From a virus (taxonomy: Duplodnaviria > Heunggongvirae > Uroviricota > Caudoviricetes), in the IMG/VR virus record IMGVR_UViG_2923302340_000009, positions 1-54,993 of that record: a stretch of 54,993 nucleotides of DNA; one strand, given 5' to 3'. Positions 43,329-53,000 of this stretch are shown here, piece after piece (the first letter of the stretch is position 1; each line of letters opens with the position of its first letter). Under the pieces are notes generated by a model. The model was not told the origin of the DNA. It saw only the letters and a list, made by a program, of their open reading frames with translations, and searched no databases. The translations under genes and the position numbers were made by a program.

Positions 43329-44639
43329 CTATGGATTAGAGAGTGAATCTGGATGTGGTATTTCAGCCATGACCTCCTCTGCATCACAGTTGTCGATAAA
43401 AAAGTATAAAGTTGAGTCAACAATTTTTAAACGCCTGGTACCTTGATCATAATCGAATAATGGCGGAACGATATTCTGATTTGTTTGAAGTATAGGCAAT
43501 CGCTTCAGTGTCCCTGTTACATCAGAAGTTCTGACGTTATCAGGATGAGTATGTATTTCTTTAATAAGTTCCTGTAGAGTCTTTCTCTCAATCCCATCCT
43601 TGAGCTCAGAATAAGTTCTACTTAACAGAACTTGAACTAAATAATACTGAAGATACAAAGCCACAGCCTCTTCACTTGGCCTGCGACTTCGACTCCCTGC
43701 GGCAATTGACTCAAGACTACGGACATGTCTTGACGAATAATCTGCAACCTTAACGTCAATTGCTCTTTGTAGAACGGCCATATCACTCAAATAAACTACT
43801 TCTTGTTGGACCATTCGTATTCCTGACAATTCACAAAGTTGCTTAAGAAGCTCTTGCACTACTGCAACACTTCCATGGGCCTCTTCAAATATACGCTCTT
43901 TAATTTGCTCTGAAATAGATATATTTAAACACTGCTCGCCAACTGTAGCGATTCTTGAAAAGTCACCTTTATCCCATGGCTCAACAGGAACCTCAGCCAT
44001 ACGGTCCTGTAAGTCGCCATTAAACTGAATAAGACGATTATTTTCTCTCCATACTCCGAGTATGATAAATCTAATACCCATTTCTTCAAATGTACGAAGA
44101 TCAAATGCCAACTGTCCTTGAACTTCAACAGAGAGATAATGAAAGTTTTCGAGAACGAAGAACTTATCCTTCCCGCCAACATTAATCAATAATTCTCCTA
44201 CATCTTGTGCCGCCGTCAAGTTGAACTCAATCGGCCTAGATTTTGTTTCTGTATTTTTGGATATCGTCCCTTCAACCCCCGCCTCTACTTCAGTTTTTGC
44301 TAAAAATGGCAGGATGGCAGAAAAAGTGCTTTTTAAAGACGCTGAAGCCTCCTTAGAGTTACCTGTTGTTCTCTCGGTAATAATTTCCACTCCAAAGTGA
44401 CGTAAAAATGTACGATAGATATCTTCCGCAGAATTGGTGGGACCACAATGATATGTAACCCTGCTGTTTTCATCTAAATGGCGCTGAAGTAAGGCTGTTT
44501 TCCCTTGTTTTGATGAGCCATAAATCACGATCTGCTTCGTCGTTGCAAGTGCATCAGCAAGTGCCTGATCGACCTTTTCACGTTCAATATAGCTGGCTAC
44601 CGGATCTCTTGATACTCCGAATACATTATTTAGATGCAT
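43329..44639 (-). CDS. orphan P-loop ATPase (AAA/Arch-ATPase-like) with alpha-helical C-terminal half
   Basis: 436 aa. Walker A is GSSKQGKT and the Walker-B-like motif is FFVLENFHYL. It is low in GC and flanked by non-coding DNA on both sides. Confidence 0.7.
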   Translation of the reverse strand: MHLNNVFGVSRDPVASYIEREKVDQALADALATTKQIVIYGSSKQGKTALLQRHLDENSRVTYHCGPTNSAEDIYRTFLRHFGVEIITERTTGNSKEASASLKSTFSAILPFLAKTEVEAGVEGTISKNTETKSRPIEFNLTAAQDVGELLINVGGKDKFFVLENFHYLSVEVQGQLAFDLRTFEEMGIRFIILGVWRENNRLIQFNGDLQDRMAEVPVEPWDKGDFSRIATVGEQCLNISISEQIKERIFEEAHGSVAVVQELLKQLCELSGIRMVQQEVVYLSDMAVLQRAIDVKVADYSSRHVRSLESIAAGSRSRRPSEEAVALYLQYYLVQVLLSRTYSELKDGIERKTLQELIKEIHTHPDNVRTSDVTGTLKRLPILQTNQNIVPPLFDYDQGTRRLKIVDSTLYFFIDNCDAEEVMAEIPHPDSLSNP

Positions 44640-44830
44640 GGTTCATTTCCTTGTTATAAAAGAAAAATCTTAGCATATTAATACATTAATAACTTCCGCC
44701 CCTTGTTTAACTGTACAATTAATAGACTTTTATGCCTCCTACCCAATGACCGGAAGAATATCCGTAATACCTAGCCCCATTTATCACCTTGTCATGAGTT
44801 GAATCCGAGGTCCGTAGCCTCCCTAGCAAA

Positions 44831-44855
44831 ATAGCCCTCCATTCGGAAGGGCTAT
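44831..44855 (-). terminator. hairpin terminator downstream of emrE
   Basis: atagccctcc-att-c-ggaagggctat has A/T runs on both sides. Confidence 0.6.
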
Positions 44856-45028
44856 TTTTAGATTGTTATAAATCGAGCAGTTTCCCAATGAGTGGAGAGC
44901 ACTAAAATGTCTAAATAGTCATAAGGGCAATATCCAAAATCTCCAACAACAATTGGTAGTCTTATAAATTACTCAGTTCAACATACGGTAGGTGTGTTTC
45001 TAATTGATGAAGTAGCATGGTGCGTTAT

Positions 45029-45361
45029 TTAATGTAGTGCACTTCGTGACAACAAATTAATCACCAACACACCGGCACAAATCAACATCATGCCTATAAT
45101 GGCTGGCAGGTCCAGCCGTTGGCCGAAAAATCCCCATGACAGTAAGCTAATCAGGACAATCCCGACTCCTGACCAGATAGCATAAGCAATCCCTGTAGGA
45201 ATATAAGCCAGCGTCTGAGCTAATAACCAGAATGATGCACAGTAACAAATAATTGTACCAACAGATGGCCATAACCGTGTAAAACCTTCTGAAAACTTCA
45301 TTAAGGTTGTACCAATGACCTCTGCAAGTATTGCACCACCAAGATAAATATAAGGGTTCAT
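45029..45361 (-). CDS. emrE: small multidrug resistance transporter EmrE
   Basis: 110 aa, MNPYIYLGGAILAEVIGTTLMKFSEGFTRLWPSVGTIICYCASFWLLAQTLAYIPTGIAYAIWSG..., matching E. coli EmrE. The position next to ren is the same as in DLP12. Confidence 0.95.
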   Translation of the reverse strand: MNPYIYLGGAILAEVIGTTLMKFSEGFTRLWPSVGTIICYCASFWLLAQTLAYIPTGIAYAIWSGVGIVLISLLSWGFFGQRLDLPAIIGMMLICAGVLVINLLSRSALH

Positions 45362-45428
45362 AGCATATTCTTTCCTGTTCAAACTGGAGAGAATTGTACT
45401 ACAGTTTGAACTCAACTCACCTGTTTCA

Positions 45429-45731
45429 TCATTGTGTTCCCATTGATGTTCTTTTATATACCCTCAATACCCGTTTCATCGCGGCACTCTGGCGACACTC
45501 CTTAAAAATCAGATTCGTGCTCACCTTTCCTTCCCGTTCTTCTCTGGTAGCGAACCGGTAATACACCGTTCGCCAGACCTTACCATCAACGACCAGGATT
45601 CCTGCCCGCGCCATTTTAGCCGCAGCCTGATTTATGCTGGTTACGGTTGCGCCTGTTACCGCGGCAACGTCCTGTGCACAGAAGCTCTTATGCGTCCCCA
45701 GGTAATGAATAATTGCCTCTTTGCCCGTCAT
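45429..45731 (-). CDS. ren: Ren
   Basis: MTGKEAIIHYLGTHKSFCAQDVAAVTGATVTSINQAAAKMARAG matches lambda Ren. Confidence 0.92.
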   Translation of the reverse strand: MTGKEAIIHYLGTHKSFCAQDVAAVTGATVTSINQAAAKMARAGILVVDGKVWRTVYYRFATREEREGKVSTNLIFKECRQSAAMKRVLRVYKRTSMGTQ

Positions 45732-46429
45732 ACACTTGCTCCTTTCAGTCCGAACTTAGCTTTAATTTCTGCGATCTTCGCCAGAGCCTGTGCACGATTT
45801 AGAGGTCTACCGCCCATAACAGGAAGTTGTTTTACTGGTTCAGGTATCGTCTCACCACGGTTAATTCGCGCTGTCATACAGGTCAGTTCATCGGCAGCCT
45901 TGCGCCGTAATTCCGCGTCAGTCAGCGCATTGGCCCGCATGTTCTGGTACAAGTTGGTAACCAACCAGTAATGCGCGTTCGATTTCCACGGATAAGACTC
46001 TGCATCCGGATACAGGCCACGCTTCCGGCAATACTCGTAAACCATATCAACCAGCTCGCTGACGTTTGGCAGCCCGGCGTTAACAGATGCTTCTTCCCGG
46101 CACCAGGCGACAAACTGCCCGGGTGATGGCAGGAATGGTCGATTCTGCCGACGGGCTACGCGCATTCCAGCGTTAACCTGTTCCATTGTGGTGATCCCGT
46201 TTTCCCGGAAAGCCAGAACCCACTGGCAGCGGATTTCGTTCAGTTCATTCTGGTCACGGTTAGCCAGGCTCGCCGGGAAAGTTGCCAGTAACTGGCTGAA
46301 CACACCGTTGATGATCTGCGCTACCTGCTGTACCTGTGGCTTTTCGTCGTACTGTTCCGGCATGTTGTTGGCGATCCGGCGCATCTGCTCACAGTCAAAG
46401 TTAACCATCTGTGCGGCGATGTTTTTCAT
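45728..46429 (-). CDS. P: replication protein P (DnaB loader)
   Basis: 233 aa, MKNIAAQMVNFD.EQMRRIANNMPEQYDEKPQVQQ, matching lambda P. Confidence 0.95.
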   Translation of the reverse strand: MKNIAAQMVNFDCEQMRRIANNMPEQYDEKPQVQQVAQIINGVFSQLLATFPASLANRDQNELNEIRCQWVLAFRENGITTMEQVNAGMRVARRQNRPFLPSPGQFVAWCREEASVNAGLPNVSELVDMVYEYCRKRGLYPDAESYPWKSNAHYWLVTNLYQNMRANALTDAELRRKAADELTCMTARINRGETIPEPVKQLPVMGGRPLNRAQALAKIAEIKAKFGLKGASV

Positions 46430-47355
46430 AGCTCCACCCCGTAAATCCAGTCAGTGTTCGTCAGGTCGAGTTTTGGTTTGCCGGCTGTCACGCCAGCCTG
46501 TTGCTTGTTTCGGTTGATTTCGAGCTGGGTCCACTTGTCGCGGAGTTTGGCCGGACTTAGCACGTTACCGGACCAGAAGTTGTCCTGGCATGCCCAGCGG
46601 AACAGCACGCACATGTCGCGGTGGTTACGTCCGTCACGTTCACGCATCAGGCGGATATCGTTAGCCCACCCTGCAAAATTCGGTTTTCTGGCTGATGGCG
46701 CGATGGTCTTCACCATGTCAAACATCCACTCTGCGGCGGTCAGGTCTTCTGCTGTCCCCCACTTGCTGCCGCTCTGAATTGCAGCATCCGGTTTCACCAC
46801 AGGAAGATCGTTTTCTGGTTGGTCAGAGGATTCGCCAGAATTCTCGGACGAAAAAGGTTTTATATTGTCTTTTGTTAGTTTGTCTTTTGTGTTTACCTGA
46901 TTCGGGTAAACGCCTTTACCTGATTTGGGTAAACTTTTTTTACCTGATTCAGGTAAATTTACCTCTTTCAGGTAAACTTTATTTTTCTTACCTGATTCGG
47001 GTAATGTTGACCATTCACTGACCACATTATTAATGCCGGTATTCCGCCCGCTCTGAATAAAAATCCCACGCTTTACCAGAACACTTTTTGCAGCAGAACA
47101 CTTGTGCGGCAATATCCCGGTTAATTCGGAAAGTTGCTCGTTGCTCACCCAATCCAGTTTTTTATTAAAGCCATATGTTTTGCGCATGACAGCCAGAAAG
47201 ACCAGAAGCTGGTGCTGTGTTAATCCGGCCAGCATCACAGCTTCCAGCAACTCATTTGCAATGCGCGTATAACCATCATCGAGATCTGCCACGCGCGGCT
47301 CCTTTTGTGCCGCATCCGGCACTGGAAAATTGAATATCTCAGCAGTGTTTGCCAT
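46426..47355 (-). CDS. O: replication initiator O-type protein (non-lambda iteron specificity, lambda-like C-terminus)
   Basis: The start MANTAEIFNF follows GGGAGG. The iterons lie inside the gene. The C-terminal P-interacting part is lambda-like. Confidence 0.88.
   Translation of the reverse strand: MANTAEIFNFPVPDAAQKEPRVADLDDGYTRIANELLEAVMLAGLTQHQLLVFLAVMRKTYGFNKKLDWVSNEQLSELTGILPHKCSAAKSVLVKRGIFIQSGRNTGINNVVSEWSTLPESGKKNKVYLKEVNLPESGKKSLPKSGKGVYPNQVNTKDKLTKDNIKPFSSENSGESSDQPENDLPVVKPDAAIQSGSKWGTAEDLTAAEWMFDMVKTIAPSARKPNFAGWANDIRLMRERDGRNHRDMCVLFRWACQDNFWSGNVLSPAKLRDKWTQLEINRNKQQAGVTAGKPKLDLTNTDWIYGVEL
46893..47004. repeat. prophage ori: five 17-bp iterons TTACCTSWTTCRGGTAA followed by an AT-rich tract
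   Basis: The copies lie at 46893-46909, 46916-32, 46940-56, 46959-75 and 46988-47004. The AT-rich stretch at 46857-46890 is adjacent. Confidence 0.88.
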
Positions 47356-47441
47356 AATTCCTCCCGCAATGAGTGTGTTACGATTTGCACCTGAAAGTCG
47401 GTTCTGTTCCAGCAGACCGGCTTTCGCCATTTCTGAACCTG

Positions 47442-47981
47442 TCATATCGCCCCCAGCATGGTAGTAACCATCGCCATCAATGGACCAGCCAGATCTGGGT
47501 CCACACGAAACATCGACACAATACCTTCACTAATTTCCTTCAGTTTCTGGTGGCGTGGTGCGTTGAGAATGACAGCCTGTTTTGCCTCACTGAGTTCCTT
47601 TTCCATTTCAGCCAACCTAGCCATGAAGCTATCCTGCTCAACCAGGTAACCGCGATATTCCAGCGGTAGTACCGCCAGAATTGCCGGGGTCAGTTCACGC
47701 ACGTTATTTCGGTATTTTTCAGAATCGAATTTGTTATCGAGGAAGCGGAACAGCTTCTGGCGTGCACGGCTGACATCATCAGGGAAATCGATGGTGCCGC
47801 CGCCCTGCTCCCGATACTCATTCACAATGAGTGTGGCAACGACATCCTGATTATCTACAGCCGACCAGGCGCGGACGGCATCACGGATTTTTTCGTGGCC
47901 TGGCACCTGTTTTGTTTGAGAACGATTTATCACCGCAGTCGGGCTAAATCCGCTAGTCTGTTGGTATGTAAGTGGTTGCAT
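47442..47981 (-). CDS. YdaT-family protein in the cII position
   Basis: 179 aa. IVNEYREQGGGTIDFP and LTPAILAVLPLEYRGYL resemble Rac YdaT. Confidence 0.7.
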   Translation of the reverse strand: MQPLTYQQTSGFSPTAVINRSQTKQVPGHEKIRDAVRAWSAVDNQDVVATLIVNEYREQGGGTIDFPDDVSRARQKLFRFLDNKFDSEKYRNNVRELTPAILAVLPLEYRGYLVEQDSFMARLAEMEKELSEAKQAVILNAPRHQKLKEISEGIVSMFRVDPDLAGPLMAMVTTMLGAI

Positions 47982-48026
47982 AATTGACTCCTTTAGTTTG
48001 AATTGACTGTTAAGTTGATTGCTTAT

Positions 48027-48038
48027 TGTTAAAGAGCG
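48027..48038 (-). promoter_or_regulatory. boxA-like element (CGCTCTTTAACAA) downstream of cro
   Basis: The coding strand reads cgctctttaacaa 13 nt after the cro stop. It matches the rrn/lambdoid boxA consensus. I could not find a convincing boxB hairpin after it. Confidence 0.55.
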
Positions 48039-48050
48039 TGAAATGGAAAT

Positions 48051-48281
48051 TTAAGCTGCGTTCTTTTCGGTGTGTGGAAACAACTTCGGAAGATCCGGGC
48101 GAATCTGGTATGCCTTCACTACTCCACCAGTAGCCGTAACAATGCTGCCGACATGTTCAGGGGATACCTTTGCTTTGTTGTGAAGCCACTTATAGACGGC
48201 CTGCTGTGAAACTTCGCAAGCAGCGCCCAGTTTCTTTTGTGAACCAACGATATTGATCGCTGTTTTGATAGCTGGGTTCAT
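48051..48281 (-). CDS. cro: Cro-like repressor (YdaS type HTH)
   Basis: 76 aa with an HTH (GSQKKLGAACEVSQQAVYKWL). It is divergent from cI. Confidence 0.8.
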   Translation of the reverse strand: MNPAIKTAINIVGSQKKLGAACEVSQQAVYKWLHNKAKVSPEHVGSIVTATGGVVKAYQIRPDLPKLFPHTEKNAA

Positions 48282-48385
48282 AACAACCTCCGTGGTTAAT
48301 TTGAATCAAGATTAAAACTATGGTTGTTTTTAGTCAACAACCATTTTCGCTTGATGGAATAAAACCTTGGTTGTACATTTGGACT
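48282..48385. promoter_or_regulatory. OR/PR/PRM control region
   Basis: A perfect inverted repeat atggttgtt-N7-aacaaccat lies at 48320-48344, with related AACC..GGTT sites at 48283-48300 and 48363-48376. The PR candidate on the minus strand is TTGACT (48332-48337), 17 nt, TAATCT (48309-48314). A possible TACATT -10 lies 7 nt before the cI ATG, which would give a leaderless cI message as in lambda. Confidence 0.65.
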
Positions 48386-49075
48386 ATGAAAACAACACTC
48401 TCAGAAAGACTTAAAGAAGCCAGATTAGCGCGAGGCCTTACACAAAAGGCGCTTGGGGATTTGGTCGGGGTTAGCCAGGCTGCTATTCAGAAAATCGAAA
48501 CAGGGAAAGCTAATCAAACAACTAAAATCGTGGAGATCGCGAACGCTTTGGGTGTGCGCGCAGAATGGTTATCTTCTGGCGTTGGAAATATGTCAGACAG
48601 TACAGTGCAACCAATACAATCAACTGTCAGCCATTCCAAATACTTCAAGATTGACGTTCTTGATATAGAAGTCAGTGCTGGGCCGGGAGTCATCAACCGT
48701 GAGTTTGTAGAAGTTCTACGCTCGGTTGAGTACTCGTTTGACGATGCTCGTCACATGTTCGATGGTAGGAAGGCGGAAAATATCCGCATCATTAACGTGC
48801 GTGGTGACAGCATGTCAGGAACGATCGAACCAGGTGATCTGCTGTTCGTTGATATCACAGTTAAATCTTTCGACGGTGATGGTATCTATGCGTTTCTGTA
48901 CGACGACACAGCCCATGTAAAGCGCCTGCAAATGATGAAGGATAAGCTGCTGGTCATCTCTGATAACAAAAGCTACTCACCGTGGGACCCGATCGAGAAA
49001 GACGAGATGAACCGGGTGTTCATCTTCGGTAAGGTTATTGGGAGCATGCCGCAGACATATAGGAAGCATGGGTAG
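48386..49075 (+). CDS. cI: CI-type prophage repressor (HTH plus S24 LexA-like autopeptidase)
   Basis: 229 aa from MKTTLSERLKEARLARGLTQKALGDLVGVSQAAIQKIE. The C-terminal part carries GDSM...K (VRGDSMSGTIEPGDLLFVD...HVKRL). Confidence 0.9.
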   Translation: MKTTLSERLKEARLARGLTQKALGDLVGVSQAAIQKIETGKANQTTKIVEIANALGVRAEWLSSGVGNMSDSTVQPIQSTVSHSKYFKIDVLDIEVSAGPGVINREFVEVLRSVEYSFDDARHMFDGRKAENIRIINVRGDSMSGTIEPGDLLFVDITVKSFDGDGIYAFLYDDTAHVKRLQMMKDKLLVISDNKSYSPWDPIEKDEMNRVFIFGKVIGSMPQTYRKHG

Positions 49076-49195
49076 TACCAATTAAAAATTATCAACTGGG
49101 CATTGTGCTCATTCAGTAAAGAACTAATTCCTATCTTTGCTCTAGGTAGTAATATTAAGCCACCGCAATAATATCTTTACCTAACGGCGTAAGAA

Positions 49196-49222
49196 TCCCG
49201 GTCACCGTGCCGGGTTTTCTTT
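49196..49222 (+). terminator. rho-independent terminator after cI
   Basis: The hairpin cccgg-tcaccgtg-ccggg is followed by ttttctttt. Confidence 0.75.
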
Positions 49223-49319
49223 TGCCCTCCCCTCATCACACACACCGTTAAAAAAACCACCATAACCTCGCTTCAGTTATCGCTATGCGATTCAAGTCAC
49301 AAAATAAATCCATCCTAAA

Positions 49320-49393
49320 TACAACCAGTTATATCTAAAACAACCAATAAAACAACTTTTGTTGTTGACGATAAAACAACCATGGTTTTAAAT
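49320..49393 (+). promoter_or_regulatory. OL operators and PL promoter candidate
   Basis: The inverted repeats are aacaac-tttt-gttgtt (49351-49366) and aaaacaaccatggtttt (49373-49389). The promoter candidate is TTGACG (49365-49370), 17 nt, TTAAAT (49388-49393). Confidence 0.6.
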
Positions 49394-49398
49394 AAGTT

Positions 49399-49540
49399 CA
49401 TCGCAACAACACAACGATACGGCAACTACCTGATTCACCGTTGCGATGACCGCTTAGATCCGCAGTTTGAATTTCAGCAGGCTTCGGGGAGTGCGAGGGG
49501 TGAAACGGACGCGTGAACGTCGGTGTGACCAGCTGAAATT
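49399..49540 (+). other. two long-range 9-bp stems in the PL leader (candidate structured RNA)
   Basis: catcgcaac (49399-49407) pairs with gttgcgatg (49440-49448). aatttcagc (49470-49478) pairs with gctgaaatt (49532-49540). Confidence 0.4.
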
Positions 49541-49586
49541 AACTCAACATTTCATACCTTAGTCGCTTCAACGAGGCGGCTTAGTT

Positions 49587-49877
49587 ATGACAACCGGCGG
49601 CCATCCACCGCCTGAATACGCGCAGAAGTCTCTATATGTTCAGCAGCCCAGCTTACGGGCAGGAGTTTTTATGGTTCATCAACATTATGGAACGCAGACC
49701 GTTAATCGAGGTGCGGTCATGCCAGGAATGCTGGTCAAACACAAAGATGGTACCTGGACTGCATCAGCTAATTTACGCGGACGGCTTTATCTGCATCGCG
49801 GCATCGAGCGCACTTATACCCGTGATTTGCTCGTGGAAGTTTTTCTCGACGGACGCGGTAACGGCCTGAATCACTAA
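49587..49877 (+). CDS. hypothetical protein in the N/early-left position
   Basis: 96-aa ORF, possibly starting at the internal MVHQHYG. It has no arginine-rich motif, so it is not called N. Confidence 0.35.
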   Translation: MTTGGHPPPEYAQKSLYVQQPSLRAGVFMVHQHYGTQTVNRGAVMPGMLVKHKDGTWTASANLRGRLYLHRGIERTYTRDLLVEVFLDGRGNGLNH

Positions 49878-49952
49878 TCCCCTTTCCTGTTTTCCTAATC
49901 AGCCTGGCATTTCGCGGGCGATATTTTCACAGCCATTTTCAGGAGGTCAGCC

Positions 49953-50249
49953 ATGAACGCTTATTACATTCAGGATCGTCTTGAGGCTCAGAGCTGGGCG
50001 CGTCACTACCAGCAGATCGCCCGTGAAGAGAAAGAGGCAGAACTGGCAGACGACATGGAAAAAGGCCTGCCCCAGCACCTGTTTGAATCGCTATGCATCG
50101 ATCATTTGCAACGCCACGGGGCCAGCAAAAAAGCCATTACCCGTGCGTTTGATGACGATGTTGAGTTTCAGGAGCGCATGGCAGAACACATCCAGTACAT
50201 GGTTGAAACCATTGCTCACCACCAGGTTGATATTGATTCAGAGGTATAA
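49953..50249 (+). CDS. gam: RecBCD inhibitor Gam (short form)
   Basis: 98 aa, [59 protein letters not shown], matching lambda Gam. Confidence 0.95.
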   Translation: MNAYYIQDRLEAQSWARHYQQIAREEKEAELADDMEKGLPQHLFESLCIDHLQRHGASKKAITRAFDDDVEFQERMAEHIQYMVETIAHHQVDIDSEV

Positions 50250-50254
50250 AACGG

Positions 50255-51040
50255 ATGAGTACAGCACTCGCAACGCTGGCAGGGAAGCTGGCTGAACGTG
50301 TCGGCATGGATTCTGTCGACCCACAGGAACTGATCACCACTCTTCGCCAGACGGCATTTAAAGGTGATGCCAGCGATGCGCAGTTCATCGCATTGTTGAT
50401 CGTCGCCAACCAGTACGGCCTTAATCCGTGGACGAAAGAAATTTACGCCTTCCCTGATAAGCAGAACGGCATCGTTCCGGTGGTGGGCGTTGATGGCTGG
50501 TCCCGCATCATCAATGAAAACCAGCAGTTTGATGGCATGGACTTTGAGCAGGACAATGAATCCTGTACATGCCGGATTTACCGCAAGGACCGTAATCATC
50601 CGATCTGCGTTACCGAATGGATGGATGAATGCCGCCGCGAACCATTCAAAACTCGCGAAGGCAGAGAAATCACGGGGCCGTGGCAGTCGCATCCCAAACG
50701 GATGTTACGGCATAAAGCCATGATTCAGTGTGCCCGTCTCGCCTTCGGATTTGCTGGTATCTATGACAAGGATGAAGCCGAGCGCATTGTCGAAAATACC
50801 GCATACACTGCAGAACGTCAGCCGGAACGCGACATCACTCCGGTTAACGATGAAACCATGCAGGAGATTAACACTCTGCTGATCGCCCTGGATAAAACAT
50901 GGGATGACGACTTATTGCCGCTCTGTTCCCAGATATTTCGCCGCGACATTCGCGCATCGTCAGAACTGACACAGGCCGAAGCAGTGAAAGCTCTTGGATT
51001 CCTGAAACAGAAAGCCACTGAGCAGAAGGTGGCAGCATGA
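50255..51040 (+). CDS. bet: recombinase Bet
   Basis: 261 aa, [48 protein letters not shown], matching lambda Bet. Confidence 0.96.
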   Translation: MSTALATLAGKLAERVGMDSVDPQELITTLRQTAFKGDASDAQFIALLIVANQYGLNPWTKEIYAFPDKQNGIVPVVGVDGWSRIINENQQFDGMDFEQDNESCTCRIYRKDRNHPICVTEWMDECRREPFKTREGREITGPWQSHPKRMLRHKAMIQCARLAFGFAGIYDKDEAERIVENTAYTAERQPERDITPVNDETMQEINTLLIALDKTWDDDLLPLCSQIFRRDIRASSELTQAEAVKALGFLKQKATEQKVAA

Positions 51041-51717
51041 CACCGGACATTATCCTGCAGCGTACCGGGATCGACGTGAGAGCTGTCGAACAGGGGGATG
51101 ATGCGTGGCACAAATTACGGCTCGGCGTCATCACCGCTTCAGAAGTTCACAACGTGATAGCAAAGCCCCGCTCAGGAAAGAAGTGGCCTGACATGAAAAT
51201 GTCCTACTTCCACACCCTGCTGGCTGAGGTTTGCACCGGTGTGACTCCGGAAGTTAATGCTAAGGCGCTGGCCTGGGGAAAACAGTACGAGAACGACGCC
51301 AGAACTCTGTTTGAATTCACTTCCGGCGTGAATGTTACTGAATCCCCGATCATCTATCGCGACGAAAGTATGCGCACCGCCTGCTCTCCCGATGGTTTAT
51401 GCAGTGACGGCAATGGCCTTGAGCTGAAATGCCCGTTTACCTCCCGGGATTTCATGAAGTTCCGGCTCGGTGGTTTCGAGGCCATAAAGTCGGCTTACAT
51501 GGCCCAGGTGCAGTACAGCATGTGGGTGACACGAAAAGATGCCTGGTACTTTGCCAACTATGACCCGCGTATGAAGCGTGAAGGACTGCATTATGTCGTG
51601 GTTGAGCGGGATGAAAAGTACATGGCGAGTTTTGACGAGATGGTGCCGGAGTTCATCGAAAAAATGGACGAGGCACTGGCTGAAATTGGTTTTGTATTTG
51701 GGGAGCAATGGCGATGA
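51037..51717 (+). CDS. exo: exonuclease Exo
   Basis: 226 aa, [54 protein letters not shown], matching lambda Exo. Confidence 0.96.
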   Translation: MTPDIILQRTGIDVRAVEQGDDAWHKLRLGVITASEVHNVIAKPRSGKKWPDMKMSYFHTLLAEVCTGVTPEVNAKALAWGKQYENDARTLFEFTSGVNVTESPIIYRDESMRTACSPDGLCSDGNGLELKCPFTSRDFMKFRLGGFEAIKSAYMAQVQYSMWVTRKDAWYFANYDPRMKREGLHYVVVERDEKYMASFDEMVPEFIEKMDEALAEIGFVFGEQWR

Positions 51718-51872
51718 CGCATCCTCACGATAATATCCGGGTAGGCGCGATCACTTTCGTCTACTCCATTACAAAGCGAGGCTGGGTATTTCCCGGCCTT
51801 TCTGTTATCAGAAATCCACTGAAAGCACAGCGGCTGGCTGAGAAGATAAATAATAAACAGGAGGATATATGA
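51714..51872 (+). CDS. small ORF after exo (lambda orf60a-like N-terminus, shortened)
   Basis: 52 aa, translated by hand: [52 protein letters not shown]. It overlaps the exo stop and, through ATGA, the next gene. Confidence 0.55.
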   Translation: MTHPHDNIRVGAITFVYSITKRGWVFPGLSVIRNPLKAQRLAEKINNKQEDI

Positions 51873-52933
51873 GTCAGGTTGGTAATCATTCATTCGAATT
51901 TCCGGCATCGCAAGGTGTACAGGGTGGTACTGTTACACTCTTCCTTACCATACCAGGAAGATCGCTGGCTCGTTTCCTCGCTTCAGATAATTACGGCCAT
52001 ACACTGGAACGCTCTCAGCGAGAAATTAATCCAAATCGAGTACGAAAATTTTTAAATTATCTCACTAACGCAGACTCAAGAAATGAGCCTTTTATCATTC
52101 CCCCTCTCGTAGGTAACTGTGATTCGAATATAGAATTTGTACCGTTTGGCAACACAAATGTTGGTATAGCCAGAATTCCCCTCGACGCCGAAATAAAACT
52201 TTTTGATGGTCAACATCGTGCAGCTGGCATTGAGATATTTTGCCGAAGCTCCCCATCAACGCTCATGGTTCCCATGATGCTTACAATGAATCTGCCGCTA
52301 AAAACCCGGCAGCAGTTCTTTTCGGACATAAATAACAACGTTTCTAAGCCATCAGCGACCATCAATATGGCGTATAACGGCCGGGATGATATTGCTCAGG
52401 GAATGATATCCTTCCTGACCCAACATACTGTATTTGCCGATATAACCGATTTTGAACACAACGTAGTGCCATTAAAAAGTAATATGTGGGTGAGTTTCAA
52501 GGCACTCACTGATGCAACGTCAAAGTTCGCTAGGAACGGCAATCAACAACTTGAAATGGGATATATAGAATCTGTCTGGGAGGCATGGATTACACTAACT
52601 CAGATTGACTCAATTCGACATGGTGTACACCACGCTACGTACAAGCGCGATTATATTCAGTTCCATGGAGTAATGATTAACGCTTTCGGTTTTGCGGTTC
52701 AACAGATGATGGTTAATCATTCCATCGCAGAAATAACTTCTATGATCGAAAAACTATGTGCAACTACCAGCTCTGCAGAAAGAGAGGATTTTTTTCTGAT
52801 GGATAACTGGGCGGGGATCTGCACGAAAGCCAGCCAGGAAAAACTATCTGTTATTGCCAATGTGGCAGCGCAGAAAGCAGCAGCAAACAGACTGATACAA
52901 GCTTTTACCAAAGGAAGTCTGGAAACAACTTAA
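51869..52933 (+). CDS. DGQHR-domain protein (DndB-like, ParB/Srx fold)
   Basis: 354 aa. The literal motif LFDGQHRAAGIE is preceded by QREINPNRVRKFLNYL. GC is low relative to exo. It has its own terminator. Confidence 0.75.
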   Translation: MSQVGNHSFEFPASQGVQGGTVTLFLTIPGRSLARFLASDNYGHTLERSQREINPNRVRKFLNYLTNADSRNEPFIIPPLVGNCDSNIEFVPFGNTNVGIARIPLDAEIKLFDGQHRAAGIEIFCRSSPSTLMVPMMLTMNLPLKTRQQFFSDINNNVSKPSATINMAYNGRDDIAQGMISFLTQHTVFADITDFEHNVVPLKSNMWVSFKALTDATSKFARNGNQQLEMGYIESVWEAWITLTQIDSIRHGVHHATYKRDYIQFHGVMINAFGFAVQQMMVNHSIAEITSMIEKLCATTSSAEREDFFLMDNWAGICTKASQEKLSVIANVAAQKAAANRLIQAFTKGSLETT

Positions 52934-53000
52934 TGAATCAACATTGTCTCATATCAGCATGCTGTACGGCGTCTTTAAGGAACGGTGAGCATGAAAAACA

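Noticed and set aside
49587-49877. Calling this ORF the antiterminator N
   Set aside because: It has no arginine-rich RNA-binding motif and no similarity to the lambda, P22 or 21 N proteins as I recall them. It is kept only as a hypothetical ORF.
50216-50692. 158-aa minus-strand ORF
   Set aside because: It is antisense to bet, which is unambiguous.
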